64,000 nucleotides of DNA from Chiloscyllium plagiosum (Eukaryota). Position numbers and translations under genes: made by a program. This document shows positions 61,095 to 64,000 of this stretch, piece after piece (within the stretch, counting starts at the first letter, position 1; every line of letters begins with the position of its first letter). The stretch lies in the NCBI RefSeq assembly GCF_004010195.1, contig NC_057751.1, positions 5,870,502 through 5,934,501 on the forward strand, given 5' to 3'. The notes under the pieces are model-generated. The model made no database searches, was not told where the DNA came from, and saw only the letters and a list, made by a program, of their open reading frames with translations.

Positions 61095-63090
61095 TCTGGA
61101 GAATAGCCAATGTTGTCCCATTGGTTACGAAAGGTAGCAGGGATAATCCTGTAAGTTACAGGCCTGTGAGTCTCACGTAGGTAGTAGGGAAATTATTGGG
61201 AAAGATTCTCCTGCACAAGATCAAAATGCATTGTTATGGACAAGGCCAGACCACTCAAAATATTCTTAAGCAGGCAGCCCAGACCATAACTTTGCAATTT
61301 GTTTCAGTAAGTGTACCATGAAAATTACCCAGATGAAGTTAGTGAGGTTGACTATAGGTTTCAAACAGACCCTACAGAACTCAGTTTATCCAAACTAGAC
61401 TTAAGTATGCTGTTCTGAATATACAAAACAGTCCCAATAAGCAAACCCCCTTAAAAACACAGTACAAAAAAGGGTCAGATGCTAACAGGTTGAAGTTACA
61501 AGGGCAGAAGAGAAAGTTTCTACGCAGCTCTCTGTTGAATTCCCAACCTGGTCTGGACTGAACTAAACTGCGTAGCTGGAGAGCTGACCACTCCCATTTC
61601 ATTCTCCAGGTCAGTTCTAAAACATGACCACTTTGGCCTGAAGTCTCATCTGTTTACATATAAACCAAAGGCCTTTCAAAATCCTTTTCATCTCTGTACC
61701 AAGCCAGTCTGACCAGAGTCCGACCTGGTTTATGACCCCTCTGAAAAAATCAAAGGCAGAATATCCTTGAGCCAAGGAATAGAGAAAAAAAGGACTAGCT
61801 TTGTGACAGCATTAAAAAGCAAATGGACATATTAGTGACAGACAGCATAGTTTTGTGTGGAGGAGGTCATGCCTTACTAAATTGATCGAATCTTTTGAGG
61901 AGATGACGAAGATGATTGATAAGGGAAAAATGTTTGACGTTGTCTGCATGGACTTCAGTAAAGCCTTTGACAAGGTCCCTCATGCCAGACTGGTGCAAAA
62001 GGTGAAGTCATGTGGTATTGGGATACAGAACTGGCTTAGTCACCTGAGACAAGAGTAGTGGTGAAAGGATGTTTTTCAGAATGGAGGGTAGTGAATAGTG
62101 ATGTTCCACAGGGATCAGTGCTGGCACTCCTGCTGTTCGTGATCTACATAAATGATTTGGAGGAAAATGTAGCTGATTTAATTAGTAAATTTGTGGACTA
62201 TATAAAAATTGGTGGTGTTGTGGGTAGTGTGGAAGATTGTCAGAGGATACAGCAAGATATAGATCATTTAGCGGCATGAGCAGAAAAATGGCAGATGGAG
62301 TTTAATCTGAACAAATGTGAGGTGTTGCATTTTGGAAGGTCAAGCACAGGTGGAAGTTGCACAGTGAGTGGCATAACCTTTAGGAGTACTGATATGCAGT
62401 GGGATCTGAGTGTGCAGGTCCACAGATCACTGAAGAAGGTAGCGCAGGTAAGTAAAGTAGTAAAAAAGGCTTATAGCATGCTTGCCCTAATTGGAAAGGG
62501 CATTGAGTATAAGGATAGATAGGTTATGCTGTAGCTTTATGGAACTTTAGTCAGGCCACACTTGGAATATTGCATACAGTCCTGGTCACCACATTACCAG
62601 TAGGATGTGGATACTTTAGAGAGGGTACAGAAAATATTTACCAGGATGTTGCCTGATATGGGGATTTTAGCTAATGAAGAGAGGTTAGACAGACAGGGTT
62701 TGTTTTCACTGGAATGCAGGAGATTGAGGGGGATCTCATAGACGTTTACAAGATTGTGAATGGTATGGATCGAGTGGAACGTATGAAACTTTTTCCCAGG
62801 GTAAAGAGGTCAATTACTCGGGGAAACAAGTTCAAGGTGCGAGGGGGAAGTTTAAAAGAGCTGTGCTCGACAAGTTTTTCACACAAAGGGTGGTGAATGC
62901 CTGGAACACGCTGCTAGAGGAGGTGGTGGAAGCAATAGCGACATTCAAGAAGCACCTGGACGAATACATGAATAGGAAGGGAATAGAAGGATCCTGTCAG
63001 TAAAGACAGTTTTAGTATGGAAAGGCAAAATATGTTGACACAGGTTTGGAGGGCCAAAAGGCCTCTTGCTGTGCTGTAATTTTCTTTGTT
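61095..63090 (+). mobile_element. CR1 LINE ORF2 (RT domain to 3' end), disrupted
   Basis: WRIANVVPL..YRPVSLT; SCLTKLIE; DVVCMDFSKAFDKVPH; VPQGSVL..FVIYINDL; MEFNLNKCEVLHFG. Confidence 0.95.
61232..61808 (-). mobile_element. Solo LTR with 4-bp TSD inside CR1 ORF2
   Basis: tgttatggac...tgtgaca; gcat at 61228-61231 and 61809-61812; terminal similarity to 53621-54193. Confidence 0.9.
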
Positions 63091-63504
63091 CTTGTTCTTA
63101 TCTGTGGAGACAGAGTTAAAGCCTGAACTCCAAGCTGACTCATCTTTGGACTTGAAGGGGCCTAGAAAACGATGGGTTTTATGCTGTGCAGAAAATAGGG
63201 CAGGGTTGGAGCAAGTGGAACAAAATCACAAACTCCCTGGAGCAAAAGGCAAAAAGGGATCTTCCTTCTTCCAGCCCAACAGTGCCTTGTTTGCATAGTT
63301 TGCTGTTAGTAGAACTGACCTATTTTCTGCTGTAAACGTCTACCTGCCATGATTATCTCCTCCATCTATATCTCTTCTACCATTAGCAGTCCCTTTACCT
63401 TCAGTTTTGGAGAAACATTATCATCTGTGCCTCTTGCTACAGCGTGAAACCCTTTACTTTTCAATCCCCTGAAGAGTAGTCATATTTAACTTGAACTGTT
63501 TCCT

Positions 63505-63662
63505 AGAATTCTGAAATTCCCTCCCTAAAGGCATTGTGGGTTAACCCACAGCAGGTGGACTACAGTTCAAGAAGGCAGCTTACCACCTTTTCAGCGGCAT
63601 CTAAAAACTGGCAATAAATGCTGGCCAGCCAGCGACATCCACATTCTACAAAATGAATAAAA
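63505..63662 (+). mobile_element. LINE 3' end (same family as 14005-14720)
   Basis: ttccctccctaaaggcattgtggg...ttcaagaaggcagct...ggcaataaatgctggccagccagcgac...aatgaataaaa. Confidence 0.75.
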
Positions 63663-64000
63663 TACTTTTTGCTCCTTCGATAGATGCTGCCAGACCTTCC
63701 TGCAGCACTTTCTAATTACATTTTTGGAATTGCAACATCCACAGTCCTTGGCTTTGAAATGTGTAAGATGCCGGTTTTCAAGATTACTCAATGGTTTGGT
63801 TTCTTGTCAAATTTCCCAGGGAAGTATCAAACAGCATGGGTTAAGGGTATGCTCACTGTTGTGTGAAGCAAATCATGTGAACCATTTTTAAGATTGTATG
63901 TTCTTTGCCTAGTCAGAATATTTTTACAGCCAGGCCAAAGTATAATTGTAAAAGGTGACTTCTGTCACATCTCACTTACTGGGCACATTATCTCTCAGGA

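Noticed and set aside
1..64000. CRISPR array, tRNA/rRNA genes or prokaryote-like systems
   Set aside because: No regularly spaced repeat-spacer array; tRNA-like boxes all belong to SINE heads; the content is vertebrate repeat DNA.

Overview
Repeat-rich vertebrate non-coding DNA, almost certainly from a cartilaginous fish (shark), judged from HE1-type tRNA/V-domain SINEs, shark-type CR1 LINE 3' ends and a Deu-domain SINE remnant. It is intergenic or deep-intronic. I find no intact host gene: the meaningful ORFs are decayed transposon proteins (CR1 and L2 RT, Penelope RT plus GIY-YIG endonuclease, Harbinger transposase and its Myb/SANT partner). The most striking signal is about 20 copies of a minimal type-I hammerhead ribozyme motif (CTGAnGA-n-stem II-GAAA-palindromic stem III). 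They are carried by five distinct Penelope-like (PLE) terminal-repeat families, which I label A-E arbitrarily. Stem II differs between families but always base-pairs. Many copies are short TSD-flanked inserts or head-to-head hairpins whose boundary lies a few nt 5' of the ribozyme core. Also present are four related solo LTRs within 8 kb and several multi-layer nested insertions. All family assignments come from recognition by eye, not database search, and boundaries of old repeats are approximate.
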